Origin: an uncultured Desulfobacteraceae bacterium
Lineage (GTDB): Bacteria > Desulfobacterota > Desulfobacteria > Desulfobacterales > CAZWGD01
Direction of reading: 5' to 3'
Length of the DNA stretch: 33,783 bases
NCBI GenBank assembly: GCA_964633235.1
Contig: CAZWGD010000001.1
Location: 1 to 33,783 of the forward strand
The notes beneath the pieces are model-generated. The model had not been told where the DNA came from and did not search any database. It saw only the letters and a program-made list of their open reading frames with translations. Positions 8,752 to 17,736 of this stretch are shown here, piece after piece. Positions within the stretch are counted from its first letter, which is position 1; each line of letters begins with the position of its first letter. The translations under genes and the position numbers were made by a program.

Positions 8752-10489
8752 GTCCCGTCTCCTCCAGACTCATGGCGCTCCGCGGACACTCTTCTACACA
8801 GACACCGCAGCCTTTGCAGTAATCCAGGTCGATCCACCGGGTGGGTTCACCGATGACCGCTGTCTCCGGACAGAACAAGCTGCAGTTGCCGCAGTCGGTG
8901 CATATGCCGCAGTTGAAGCAGCGACCGGCTTCTGCGGAAGCGGCGCTGTGAACGTAATCAGACTGCGTGGGCGAGAATGACAAACGACCTTCCCGGCATG
9001 CCCCTGAAGCCGGTTCTTGTCTAGATGCGGATTCGAAATAGCCCGTGTTGATATTGGCGTAGTCAACCACCTGCCCCAGTCGCTGCCAAGACCCTTCCCC
9101 TGCGGTATAATGCGCCATGCTTAGCGCCGGTCCCGGGCCTACCCGGCAAGCGGCGAGCCTCTTTTCAATGTGCTGCCACCCCCGCCGGTGATAGACATCA
9201 ATGGCCATGGCCGCTTGCTTGCCGGAAGCAATGGCATCGGCGACACTCAGCTTATGGTTGACCAGGTCACCGCCGTATACAATCGGTTTCTCGTTGGCCG
9301 TCACGGTGCAGTGACTTAGACATAGCCTACCGGCCCCCCCTCTTTGAAACGGTAGCCACGCGGATTCCGCTTCTGCACCCAGGGCGGCAAATACACGCTC
9401 AACCCGCATGGTTTCGTGGCTGCCCCGAAGCGGAAAGGGTTTCACCCTGCCATCGTCATTTTGCCGGATTCCGACTGCCATCTGTTGCAGCTGAACAACC
9501 AGCGACCCGCCTTCCTGGGCAATTTTGACGGGGCGGGTCAGCTCCCTGATGTTGACGCCCTCCCGGCGGGCCGCCGTAATTTCTTGGCCGAGGGCGGGCA
9601 TGTCGGCAACGCGCCGACGGTAGAGAATCACCGCTTCAGATCCTAAACGCACGAGGGTTCGGGCCACGTCGATGGCCGTGTTACCGCCACCGATAACGGC
9701 CGAGAGCCCCTTGAATACGGTCATGCGGCCCCGGCGGATCGCCCGCAACAGGGTAAGCCCATCCAGGACGTGGATCGCCCCGGGGATTTTCATTTTAGCC
9801 GGCAGGCCCAGGCCGCATCCCACAAAGATGGCCTGGTAGGTTTCTCCGGCCGTCCGCAGAAAGGATGCCGAGACGGGGTGATTGCAGTAGATGGCCACCC
9901 CCTGGTTCTGAATCCGCTTGACCTCACGCTTCAAGACAGCCGGGGGTAGACGGTAAGCGGGAATTCCCCACCGCAGCAGCCCGCCCGGCGCCGCCTCAGC
10001 TTCGAAGACATCACAGGCATAGCCCAGACGGCGTAAAAAGAAGGCCGCGGCCAGCCCGGAGGGGCCTGACCCGATCACGGCTACCCGCATCCTGTTGGTG
10101 GGGCCGGGGGTGATCTCGGGTAAAGTCCTTTCATGAGTGAACGGCCGTCCCACAAAGCGCTCGATGGCATTGATAGCCACAGGAGCGTCCAGCTGGGAGC
10201 GAATACAAGACCGCTCACAGGGATGAGAGCAGACATGACCGCATACTTCCGGAAAGGGATTTTCACCCAGCATACTTTGCAGCGCCCGGTGATAGAGGCC
10301 CCGGGAGGATAAACTCATCAGCGTCGGGATATCCGTACCGAGCGGGCAGGCAGCACTGCATGGCGCGGTCTTGTTGATTAAGACCGGCTGCAGGTAACGC
10401 CAGGAACCGGTCTTATTCACACGTGTTGAACGGTCCGAACGAGAAATCAACAAGGAGCGTCCGTCAGGGATGTCTGGTTTGCCGGCCAC
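8735..10489 (-). CDS. Fusion of a GltD/NfnB/SudA-like NAD(P)H:FAD iron-sulfur flavoprotein with an OFOR delta-type 2x[4Fe-4S] ferredoxin domain
   Basis: N-terminal Cys clusters are CSAACPLGTDIP and CGHVCSHPCERSC. The FAD Rossmann motif is VAVIGSGPSGLAAAFFL...GGLLRWGIPAYRLP. The second dinucleotide fold is SAVIGGGNTAIDVARTL. The C-terminal part carries CFNCGICTDCGNCSLFCP and CKGCGVCVEECP. Confidence 0.85.
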   Translation of the reverse strand: MAGKPDIPDGRSLLISRSDRSTRVNKTGSWRYLQPVLINKTAPCSAACPLGTDIPTLMSLSSRGLYHRALQSMLGENPFPEVCGHVCSHPCERSCIRSQLDAPVAINAIERFVGRPFTHERTLPEITPGPTNRMRVAVIGSGPSGLAAAFFLRRLGYACDVFEAEAAPGGLLRWGIPAYRLPPAVLKREVKRIQNQGVAIYCNHPVSASFLRTAGETYQAIFVGCGLGLPAKMKIPGAIHVLDGLTLLRAIRRGRMTVFKGLSAVIGGGNTAIDVARTLVRLGSEAVILYRRRVADMPALGQEITAARREGVNIRELTRPVKIAQEGGSLVVQLQQMAVGIRQNDDGRVKPFPLRGSHETMRVERVFAALGAEAESAWLPFQRGGAGRLCLSHCTVTANEKPIVYGGDLVNHKLSVADAIASGKQAAMAIDVYHRRGWQHIEKRLAACRVGPGPALSMAHYTAGEGSWQRLGQVVDYANINTGYFESASRQEPASGACREGRLSFSPTQSDYVHSAASAEAGRCFNCGICTDCGNCSLFCPETAVIGEPTRWIDLDYCKGCGVCVEECPRSAMSLEETGHAPGN

Positions 10490-10493
10490 TATT

Positions 10494-11090
10494 TCAATTC
10501 CTCTGCTGTTCCGACGGCGGCATTTGCCGGCGGATCACTTTTTCAAAGGCTTGCCGGGCGGCCCTTGCATTGGCGTCAGGTTTTGAGGAAAGATCCCTTT
10601 CAATGACCGCCATGACGATTTCGATGGGTGGTTTTTTTAAAAGGCCTGCCAGGGCGCCGATCATGGCCGTGTTCACCATGGGATGCGTGCGTGTGCCCAG
10701 GTTGTTGTCCGCGGCAATCTTGGTCGCATCAATGGTGGCCAGTTTAACCCCTGAAAAATGATTTGCGAAATCTGAACCCGCGGGTGCATTCAGCAGCACC
10801 CAACCACCGGGCTTTAAGCCCTGGGTGATGTTGACGATTTGCATCAGGCGTCCGTCCTGCACCAGAACATGGTCCGGTGTGGTGATACTATACCTGGCCA
10901 GGATTTTTTGGGTATCGATTCTGAGATAGGCTTCCACCGGAGCCCCGCGTCTTTCCACCCCAAATGAGGGGAAAGACTGGACATGAAAACCCGCCTGGAA
11001 AAAGGCCTTTGAAAGCAGAACAGCAGCCACAACCGTACCCTGTCCGCCGCGGCCGTGAAAGCGAATTTCCTGCATCCGGTCAACTTTCAT
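10494..11090 (-). CDS. 2-oxoacid:ferredoxin oxidoreductase, gamma subunit
   Basis: The PorG-type pattern is IRFHGRGGQGTVVAAVLLSKAFFQAGFHVQSFPSFGVERRGAPVEAYLRI. It lies 4 nt upstream of the next gene. Confidence 0.9.
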   Translation of the reverse strand: MKVDRMQEIRFHGRGGQGTVVAAVLLSKAFFQAGFHVQSFPSFGVERRGAPVEAYLRIDTQKILARYSITTPDHVLVQDGRLMQIVNITQGLKPGGWVLLNAPAGSDFANHFSGVKLATIDATKIAADNNLGTRTHPMVNTAMIGALAGLLKKPPIEIVMAVIERDLSSKPDANARAARQAFEKVIRRQMPPSEQQRN

Positions 11091-11109
11091 TTGCGTTACC
11101 GCCCTGTTT

Positions 11110-14100
11110 TTAGGCCGTCGCCCCTTGGACTCTCATTTTTAGACCGCCCTGCCCATACGGTTCTCCGTGACGGCCGTTTTGCAAGAACCTGAGATATGGA
11201 ATGATGACCTCGTTTTTATTGCTTTCGGTCCCATCGTAGGTGATGGAAACAACCGGGACACCGGTGCTCTTTTCAATCTCCTTGGCCATGGCTTCCGTTA
11301 CAAGCGATGGGCAACAAAAGGCGGGACTGGTCTGGACAAACATGGCCAGGTCGGGATGATGCTTCAGAAGATAGTGAATCTTGATGATATTTTCCATGGA
11401 TTCACCGGTATGCTCCAAGCGCATATTATACCGAGACAAGATTTTTTCAGGCGGATCGTTATATTCCGGCTCGGATTCTCTCAATATCAACTTCAGGTAT
11501 TTTTCATAACGCTTTTCCAGAAGCGTTACGGCTGAGATCATGGCCTTGGAGGCCAGGACACTCAGATAATTGCCCTCCACGAACCATTTTCGAAGATAGG
11601 GTCTGGCGATCATCTTGATGTAGGAGCTGTACGGGGTAGTCACCACCCGCCCCCCCCAGGATTCGATTTGATGAACCAGGTTCTGGTTGCATACCGCATT
11701 ATCGCGTGCATACAGATCACCGAATATGGCCACCTTGGGTCGTGGCGACAAGCCCGGGTCTCTCGTTTCAATGGCTGCCAGCCGCTCGACAACTTCTGCC
11801 AGGGCATTCTCCTTGGACCGCCTTCCCAAGAAGGCGTTTTCCAAGATCGCCAGGCATTGCTGCAGGACGGCATCTGTCTGGCCTGAATGGCATTCATAGG
11901 GTCGAATCATGCATCCCATTTTATGCAGGAACCCACCGAACATATAGGCGAAATAGATGCTGATGGGCAGTTTTTTAGAGATGTCTGCAAAAGACATGAT
12001 CCCGGGATACACCTCCGCGTTTTCAAACCCGTTGCCCTGTTTTGACAACATATGCTTGAGATGCATCGGCAGGAGGCCCAGGTTGCACGGTATGGTGGAA
12101 CGGATCATCCAGAGAATACACCGGGACGGATCAAAGCCGTGACGCTCAACAGTATCAATGAATTCCTGCCCGATGATATTCATCGGGATGCATTGTCCCG
12201 TGTTATGGCGCAGGCTCTTCTGAATGCTTACATGACGCTCTTCTAACAGGTGTGCATCAACACCTTCGCGTCTTAAGGCGGCCACCACCAGGCGCAGGGA
12301 AATGTCCCCCCAGTTGGGCAGCATCAGGGTCTTGCCGGCCAGATCGATGGCTGCCGATTTGCGCAGGGGTTTCAGGGCCGCAGGCGCAATCTTTTTTCTC
12401 TTGGCGCCGTGGTGATTTTGGAACGATTGGATAGCCGCTTCGATACGGGTTTCATACCCGACGGTTGAATCGTGTTCATCCAGCTGTAGAATCAGGTATG
12501 GTTTCGCATACCGGTCCATGATTTGCTTAAAATATTCGGCCACATAGGAATCGGGGCTGCATTTGAAGGACGTAATCAATACCGGATAAGCGTCCGGGTT
12601 TAGGGCGGTCTGTGCAGCTGCCTTCACAATCTCCGCAGCATAGTGCCAATGCAGCTGATCCAGCAGCGGATCAATTGACCCAATCGCCCGGTCCGTGACG
12701 GTGATCATGTCCTGATAAAAGGTCTTGACGCCCAAGGCGCTGAAAATGTCGGGAATGCCCTTGTTCATATGCCTGGAGAGCACCGTGTAAGGCCTTCCCA
12801 GGAGCACCACGTGAAGCTGACCGGCCACAGCCGTTTCCCGGCTGTACAGCTGCTTGAGGGCCTGCAGCCGCTCCCGTTTCATCCTCAAGGCTTGCTCAAA
12901 GGCGGCCGAAACTTTAGAGAATGCTATTCTCCGCGCAGAGACAGTTTTGAGCATGTTGTACAGCTGAATCCGCGCGTGGAACTTGCCGTAGAGGTAGTAA
13001 ATCAGCGGTGTTAAAAAACGGTTCCGCAGGTCTTTCGTCGAGTGACTCCGGTCCTTGATAAAAGATGCCAGGGTGGGCGCATATTGGGTGTAATAACAGT
13101 ACTGCCTGCGGCGCTGATGGCCACGGCGCCCGTGGTCCAGGTAAAACGGCATAAAGATAAAATCCGCTCGGTCCAGCAGGTGAAGGATATGTCCGTGCGT
13201 GGCGGCTATGGGTGCACAAAACTCCGCCCCAGCGAGATGCTTGCCGTCCCGGAGGCCATGTGAAAAATCCGCACTTGTAAGGGTTTTTAGGCCCAATGTA
13301 TGAAAGAATAGCTGCCAGAATTCCAGGTCTTCCTGGAGATGCAGTGCCGCCGGGATACCAATGGTAAGGGTCTGCGGACCCGCGGTTGACTTTGGAATCG
13401 AGAAAAGCTTCTTTCTTTCCTTAAGCAGGTCGAAACCGGACAGGTTGTTGTTGACATACTGTCTGGTATCATAATCCCTGCCGCATAAAAATCCGTATGC
13501 GGTTGTGCGGCCATGGACCTCGGCAACGCTCAATTTGCAGTGGTTGCTGCAAATCTCACAGACTTCAGTTTGAATGGGGATCTTTTTTTGATGAAGATTC
13601 AGCCCCTTGAACCGTGAGGTTGTCAGCCGGGCATCGGCAAGCTTCAAGGCTACCCCCAGTGCACCGGAAAGATGACAATATGGCGATACTTGGATCGGTT
13701 TTCTCAACCGTTGTTCAAAAGCGGCCACTAGCGCCCGGTTTTTGGCCGTGGCCCCTTGAAACAGAACGGTGTTGCCGATGTTGCCCTCCACGGCGACCTT
13801 GGTAAGATAATTTTCCCTGATGGCGTGCAGAACAGATGCCAGGACCTCATCTTTAGGGTACCCTCTGCCGAGGTAGTAATTGATGTCCCTTTCCATGAAA
13901 ACCGTGCAGCGATCGCTGCTAAGGGGTGCACGACGCCCTACAGCACGATCAGCGTAAGCCGCCAGAGGACATTCCAGTCTCGAGGCCTGCTCTTCGATAA
14001 AGCTGCCGGTGCCCGCGGCACAGACCGTATTCATAACCGAAAAGGTAACCCTGCCGTTGTTGAGGGTTGTGAACTTGCTGTCTTGTCCACCGATTTCAAT

Positions 14101-15411
14101 AATCGTGTCAACCTGCGGGTTGATCTCGACAGCCGCCCGGGCATGGGCCGTGATTTCGTCTACCACCAGATCGGCCCCCAGGATGCGGCCTGTAAATTTT
14201 CTTCCGGACCCCGTAGTGCCGGCCGCTAGAATTTTCAGGTGCCCCTCTTCATCCGCCAGCATATCCGCTATGGCGGCGAACAAGTTTTGCACGGCGCTTA
14301 CGGGCCGCCCTGATGTACGGGTGTAAAACCCAGCCAGTACCTCACCGGACCGGTTGGTGATAACGGCTTTGGTGCTGGTTGAACCAATATCGATCCCTAA
14401 ATAGGCCTGCAAAATGTTCCGGTCATCGGAATCAAGATGGATATCCCGGTAAATATCCACTTCAACCGGTATGGAAAACTCATCCCGCCGGGGTCGAAAT
14501 ATATACTGCTTTAGACTGTTGAAGTCAGGATAGTCCGACAATCTTAATTCCAGCGGATGATGAAAGTAAGAAAGCGCGGTATTTTCGTGAACCAAGAGAT
14601 CATCGATCTCGCGGATGTGCATTTCGGAATGGCAAGCGGCCTCGTGGGCTAGAGTCAGAGCCGCCCCTACGGCACCGTAGTGGGATGACTCGGCCTGGAT
14701 GTCCAAGCCAACCAGTGCCTGAATATGTTCGACAACAGCCTTATTCCGGGAAACACCGCCACAAAAAATGATGGGGCCTTCCGGGGACTCTCCCACAAAA
14801 AGCGTATCCACAATATTGCGCGCCAAACCCTGGCAGAGACCGTCGCAGATCTCCGTCAAGCTGTAGCCTTCCTGCTGTGCATGCACCAGGTCGGTCTTGG
14901 CAAAGACGGCGCATCGCGAAGCGATCTTGGGAATTCTTCCAGTGTTGGCATGGGCAATGCGACCGAGTTCGGCAACACTTTGCAAGCTTAGCCGCCCGGC
15001 TTGCTGGTCAAGAAAACTTCCGGTGCCGGCGGCGCAGGAAGTGTTGGTCCGGTAGCCCAGATAGTTGTCCCGGCTATCGAAGCGGATCAAGCCGAACTTC
15101 TCCCCCCCGACGATCAGAATCGAGCCCACGGCAGCATGAAAATGACGTGCGGCCGCTATAACCGCTATGCGGTTATCATACCGCGCGGTGGCTTTAAGGG
15201 TTGCTGGAGATGACGTGGTGGCGGCAATGTATCGTATCGGCGAAAGATCTATATCGGCCAGAAGCGCGGCCAGGGTCGGCTTCAGGTTGCCATGGTGAAA
15301 TCCATAGCGGGTCCATAGAAGATGTTTATCAGCGGTCAGGCCCGCGATGGCTACAGCCACCGATCCGATATCTATGCCCAAGATTTGGCACCGGCTGGAT
15401 GAGTTTGTCAT
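11110..15411 (-). CDS. 1433-aa fusion: two HgdC/BcrAD-BadFG-type ATPase (activase) modules plus a large DUF2229/dehydratase-component-like C-terminal region ('CoA-substrate-specific enzyme activase' family)
   Basis: Module 1 has LGIDIGS, NTSCAAGTGSFLDQQ and SRCAVFAKTD. Module 2 has LGIDIGSTSTKAV, NTVCAAGTGSFIEEQ and DRCTVFMERD. The Cys-rich linker is CEICSNHCKL..FLCGRDY. About 800 further residues follow with no motif I can assign to a catalytic function. Confidence 0.85.
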   Translation of the reverse strand: MTNSSSRCQILGIDIGSVAVAIAGLTADKHLLWTRYGFHHGNLKPTLAALLADIDLSPIRYIAATTSSPATLKATARYDNRIAVIAAARHFHAAVGSILIVGGEKFGLIRFDSRDNYLGYRTNTSCAAGTGSFLDQQAGRLSLQSVAELGRIAHANTGRIPKIASRCAVFAKTDLVHAQQEGYSLTEICDGLCQGLARNIVDTLFVGESPEGPIIFCGGVSRNKAVVEHIQALVGLDIQAESSHYGAVGAALTLAHEAACHSEMHIREIDDLLVHENTALSYFHHPLELRLSDYPDFNSLKQYIFRPRRDEFSIPVEVDIYRDIHLDSDDRNILQAYLGIDIGSTSTKAVITNRSGEVLAGFYTRTSGRPVSAVQNLFAAIADMLADEEGHLKILAAGTTGSGRKFTGRILGADLVVDEITAHARAAVEINPQVDTIIEIGGQDSKFTTLNNGRVTFSVMNTVCAAGTGSFIEEQASRLECPLAAYADRAVGRRAPLSSDRCTVFMERDINYYLGRGYPKDEVLASVLHAIRENYLTKVAVEGNIGNTVLFQGATAKNRALVAAFEQRLRKPIQVSPYCHLSGALGVALKLADARLTTSRFKGLNLHQKKIPIQTEVCEICSNHCKLSVAEVHGRTTAYGFLCGRDYDTRQYVNNNLSGFDLLKERKKLFSIPKSTAGPQTLTIGIPAALHLQEDLEFWQLFFHTLGLKTLTSADFSHGLRDGKHLAGAEFCAPIAATHGHILHLLDRADFIFMPFYLDHGRRGHQRRRQYCYYTQYAPTLASFIKDRSHSTKDLRNRFLTPLIYYLYGKFHARIQLYNMLKTVSARRIAFSKVSAAFEQALRMKRERLQALKQLYSRETAVAGQLHVVLLGRPYTVLSRHMNKGIPDIFSALGVKTFYQDMITVTDRAIGSIDPLLDQLHWHYAAEIVKAAAQTALNPDAYPVLITSFKCSPDSYVAEYFKQIMDRYAKPYLILQLDEHDSTVGYETRIEAAIQSFQNHHGAKRKKIAPAALKPLRKSAAIDLAGKTLMLPNWGDISLRLVVAALRREGVDAHLLEERHVSIQKSLRHNTGQCIPMNIIGQEFIDTVERHGFDPSRCILWMIRSTIPCNLGLLPMHLKHMLSKQGNGFENAEVYPGIMSFADISKKLPISIYFAYMFGGFLHKMGCMIRPYECHSGQTDAVLQQCLAILENAFLGRRSKENALAEVVERLAAIETRDPGLSPRPKVAIFGDLYARDNAVCNQNLVHQIESWGGRVVTTPYSSYIKMIARPYLRKWFVEGNYLSVLASKAMISAVTLLEKRYEKYLKLILRESEPEYNDPPEKILSRYNMRLEHTGESMENIIKIHYLLKHHPDLAMFVQTSPAFCCPSLVTEAMAKEIEKSTGVPVVSITYDGTESNKNEVIIPYLRFLQNGRHGEPYGQGGLKMRVQGATA

Positions 15412-15777
15412 AGTGAGCCCAGTTTATCAAAAACAACCGCCTATCGGCAATTACATTTTGAGGATCATCTTCCAAATTGTTCTGTATTATCAAAATCTGA
15501 GCCTGTCCGTCCATATTAGCTGATTTTTCCAAAAGGGCTCAAAGGGTCCGTCCGTCTCCGGTGGATTGGACCCTCTTCTCCAACTAATTTGGACAAGAAC
15601 CCGTTATCGGTGTAACCTGGCAGCGGCCATCCCATAATATGATGTTGGCAATACGCTATGGGCTGTGCTAACTTTCAATATTAAAAATCAGTTATTCCTT
15701 GATAACGTCAGCCGGTTCATCAGAATCCGTCAGAGCCTATTTCCGACCAATTTGACAGAACGGAGCAAGGGCAACCC

Positions 15778-16344
15778 ATGGCAGCTAAAGCCTGGATGAC
15801 AGTTTCCTCTCATTCCATCCGCAACGAAATTCGTGGCGTTATTATCTTCATCCTGGTCATTTGGGCGGGTTTTTTCTTGGGGTTGATTCTTCCCGTGAAA
15901 CAATCGGGTTTGATTCCGCGCCACGGCGCGGGCGTGCCTGGGATCGTGCTGATGCCCTTTTTGCATGGCGGCCTGCAGCATATCATCAGCAATACCATAC
16001 CGCTGTTTGCCCTACTCTTGTTACTGGCCGGCTCCCGTGCCAATTCAGGGGTCATTGTCGCCTTGATCATTATTTCAAACGGGTGTCTGCTTTGGCTTTT
16101 TGGGCGGCCTGGGATTCACATCGGTGCCAGCGGACTGATTTTCGGACTAATCAGCTTTCTTATTTTTTCCGGTTGGTTTGAGAGACGCCCATTCTCCATT
16201 TTGATTTCCACCCTGGTCGGCTTTTTGTACGGTGGGAGTCTGTTTGCCGGCGTCATGCCGGGTCAAACCGGTATTTCCTGGGACGGTCATCTATTTGGGG
16301 TGATTGCCGGCATAGCAGTCGCCTGGGTGAGTATGCGTAGATGA
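15778..16344 (+). CDS. Rhomboid-family intramembrane serine protease
   Basis: A polytopic membrane protein with FLHGGLQHIISN (the H..N of TM2), GASGLIFGL (GxSG catalytic Ser) and GHLFGVIAGIA (catalytic His, HxxGxxxG). An alternative start is ATG 15796. Confidence 0.8.
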   Translation: MAAKAWMTVSSHSIRNEIRGVIIFILVIWAGFFLGLILPVKQSGLIPRHGAGVPGIVLMPFLHGGLQHIISNTIPLFALLLLLAGSRANSGVIVALIIISNGCLLWLFGRPGIHIGASGLIFGLISFLIFSGWFERRPFSILISTLVGFLYGGSLFAGVMPGQTGISWDGHLFGVIAGIAVAWVSMRR

Positions 16345-16578
16345 GTGAAAATACACCCCCCAATGGTCAAAAGGGAGAAAAGCGGCTGGGAATTGACGGG
16401 TAAGGAGTGCATACTTACTGATGCGCCCTGAGCCTCACGCGCATGAATTTGCTTTGATATGAATTTTAACCCTGCCGGTAATCTATGTGCGCTCGTGATC
16501 GGCCCGATGCCCGCATCGATACCCATGGCATAACCCATCTAAGTCGGCCTTTTCGGGCTTTAGCAAAGGAGGTGAGTG

Positions 16579-16773
16579 ATGTCCGAGAAAAAAATCAAAC
16601 AGACCTGTGAATGCAAAAATTGTGGTAATGAGGCTGAAATGGAAATCACCTGCAGATTGGAGGAGCACCAGGTGATGAAGGCCAAAGTGGTGCCTGAAGC
16701 CCAGGGAAAAACCAGGGGCCATGCAGTCTGCAGCCGTTGCGGTGGTGAGGCGGACATCTGGCTGGATGTTTAA
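16579..16773 (+). CDS. Small (64 aa) rubredoxin-like/zinc-ribbon protein with two CxxCG knuckles
   Basis: A strong RBS, AAGGAGG (16566-16572), lies 6 nt before ATG 16579. The sequence contains CKNCG ... CSRCGG plus extra Cys (CEC, ITC). Its stop overlaps a candidate start of the Fur-family gene (ATGTTTAA). Confidence 0.6.
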   Translation: MSEKKIKQTCECKNCGNEAEMEITCRLEEHQVMKAKVVPEAQGKTRGHAVCSRCGGEADIWLDV

Positions 16774-17242
16774 ATTGAGCGTCAGCCAAACAGAAATTGA
16801 CCTGAGGATGAAACGCTTTACAAAAGCTTGCCGTAAAGCGGGAGCCAAACTCACTCATCAGCGTATGGAAATATTTCGTGAAGTGTCCCGGACGGGTGAT
16901 CATCCGGATGCGGAAACCGTCTTCCAGAGGGTTCGTGAGCGGATGCCCACCGTATCCCAGGACACAGTCTACCGGACCCTCTGGTGGCTGAAAGCCCTTG
17001 GGCTGGTTAAAACACTCGGGCTTCCCCGTGAACGAACCCGTTTTGATGCCAATCTCAGCCGCCACCATCACTTTGTGTGTCTGCAATGCGGACTGACACG
17101 GAACTTAAAAAGTGATATGCTCGACCATCTAGAACTTCCGGAATCCCTTCAATCCCTTGGATATGCGGAAATGACGCAGGTGGAAATCAAAGGGATGTGT
17201 CGTCGATGCACAGCGCATAAAAACCACGTGCGAAATCTGTAA
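16766..17242 (+). CDS. Fur-family metalloregulator (Fur/PerR/Zur type)
   Basis: KLTHQRMEIFREV..HPDAETVFQRVRERMPTVSQDTVYRTLWWLKALGLV forms the winged helix. HHHFVCLQCG ... CRRC forms the structural CxxC pairs. The start is uncertain: ATG 16766 overlaps the upstream stop, and ATG 16808 gives a more typical 144-aa Fur length. Confidence 0.8.
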   Translation: MFKLSVSQTEIDLRMKRFTKACRKAGAKLTHQRMEIFREVSRTGDHPDAETVFQRVRERMPTVSQDTVYRTLWWLKALGLVKTLGLPRERTRFDANLSRHHHFVCLQCGLTRNLKSDMLDHLELPESLQSLGYAEMTQVEIKGMCRRCTAHKNHVRNL

Positions 17243-17398
17243 TGTCTGATCAAGCTTGAAATGTCGCCGCTTGCGTGCCCTTTTTGCGCTCGGGCTGCGT
17301 TACGCTTTCAGCCATATAGGTCCACTAGGCGGTTAAGAGGGCGCCATGCGTATGTGACCTGTTACCAAACAGTCACAATTCACCCCAGCATTCGTGAA

Positions 17399-17734
17399 CT
17401 ACTTTTTGTGCCTATAAAAGCGAACATCCGCCTTTTCCAATGTGGCCAATCCCACCTGGATGGCATCGTCTACCGCTCTCAAGAAACTTTCCAGGTTTTC
17501 TTTCGAGTCCACGATTTCGATAATGACCGGAAGATCTTCCGAAAGGCGCAGAATTTTCGAGGTGTGGATGCGGCTGTTGGCGCCGAACCCCATCATGCCC
17601 TTCATCACGGTGGCACCGGCCAATCCGAGTTCCCTGGCCTTGATCACCAGCCATTCATAAAGCGGCTTTCCCCGGTGTTGAACATTCTCGCCGATCAGTA
17701 TGCGCAGCAGGTATCCTTCTTCCAGAAATGTCAT
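17399..17734 (-). CDS. DUF190 (UPF0166, PII-like) protein, typical crcB partner
   Basis: LLRILIGENVQHRGKPLYEWLVIKARELGLAGATVMKGMMGFG...LPVIIEIVDS matches the DUF190 pattern. ATG 17734 lies 2 nt after the crcB TGA, with GGAGGTGA as RBS. Confidence 0.8.
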   Translation of the reverse strand: MTFLEEGYLLRILIGENVQHRGKPLYEWLVIKARELGLAGATVMKGMMGFGANSRIHTSKILRLSEDLPVIIEIVDSKENLESFLRAVDDAIQVGLATLEKADVRFYRHKK

Positions 17735-17736
17735 GT

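Noticed and set aside
8242-8856. A 204-aa plus-strand ORF.
   Set aside because: It is a shadow ORF antisense to the OFOR alpha gene, with no motifs.
16341-16403. A 20-codon ORF (MSENTPPNGQKGEKRLGIDG) overlapping the rhomboid stop codon.
   Set aside because: It has no RBS, no conservation argument and a low-complexity composition, so it is likely fortuitous.
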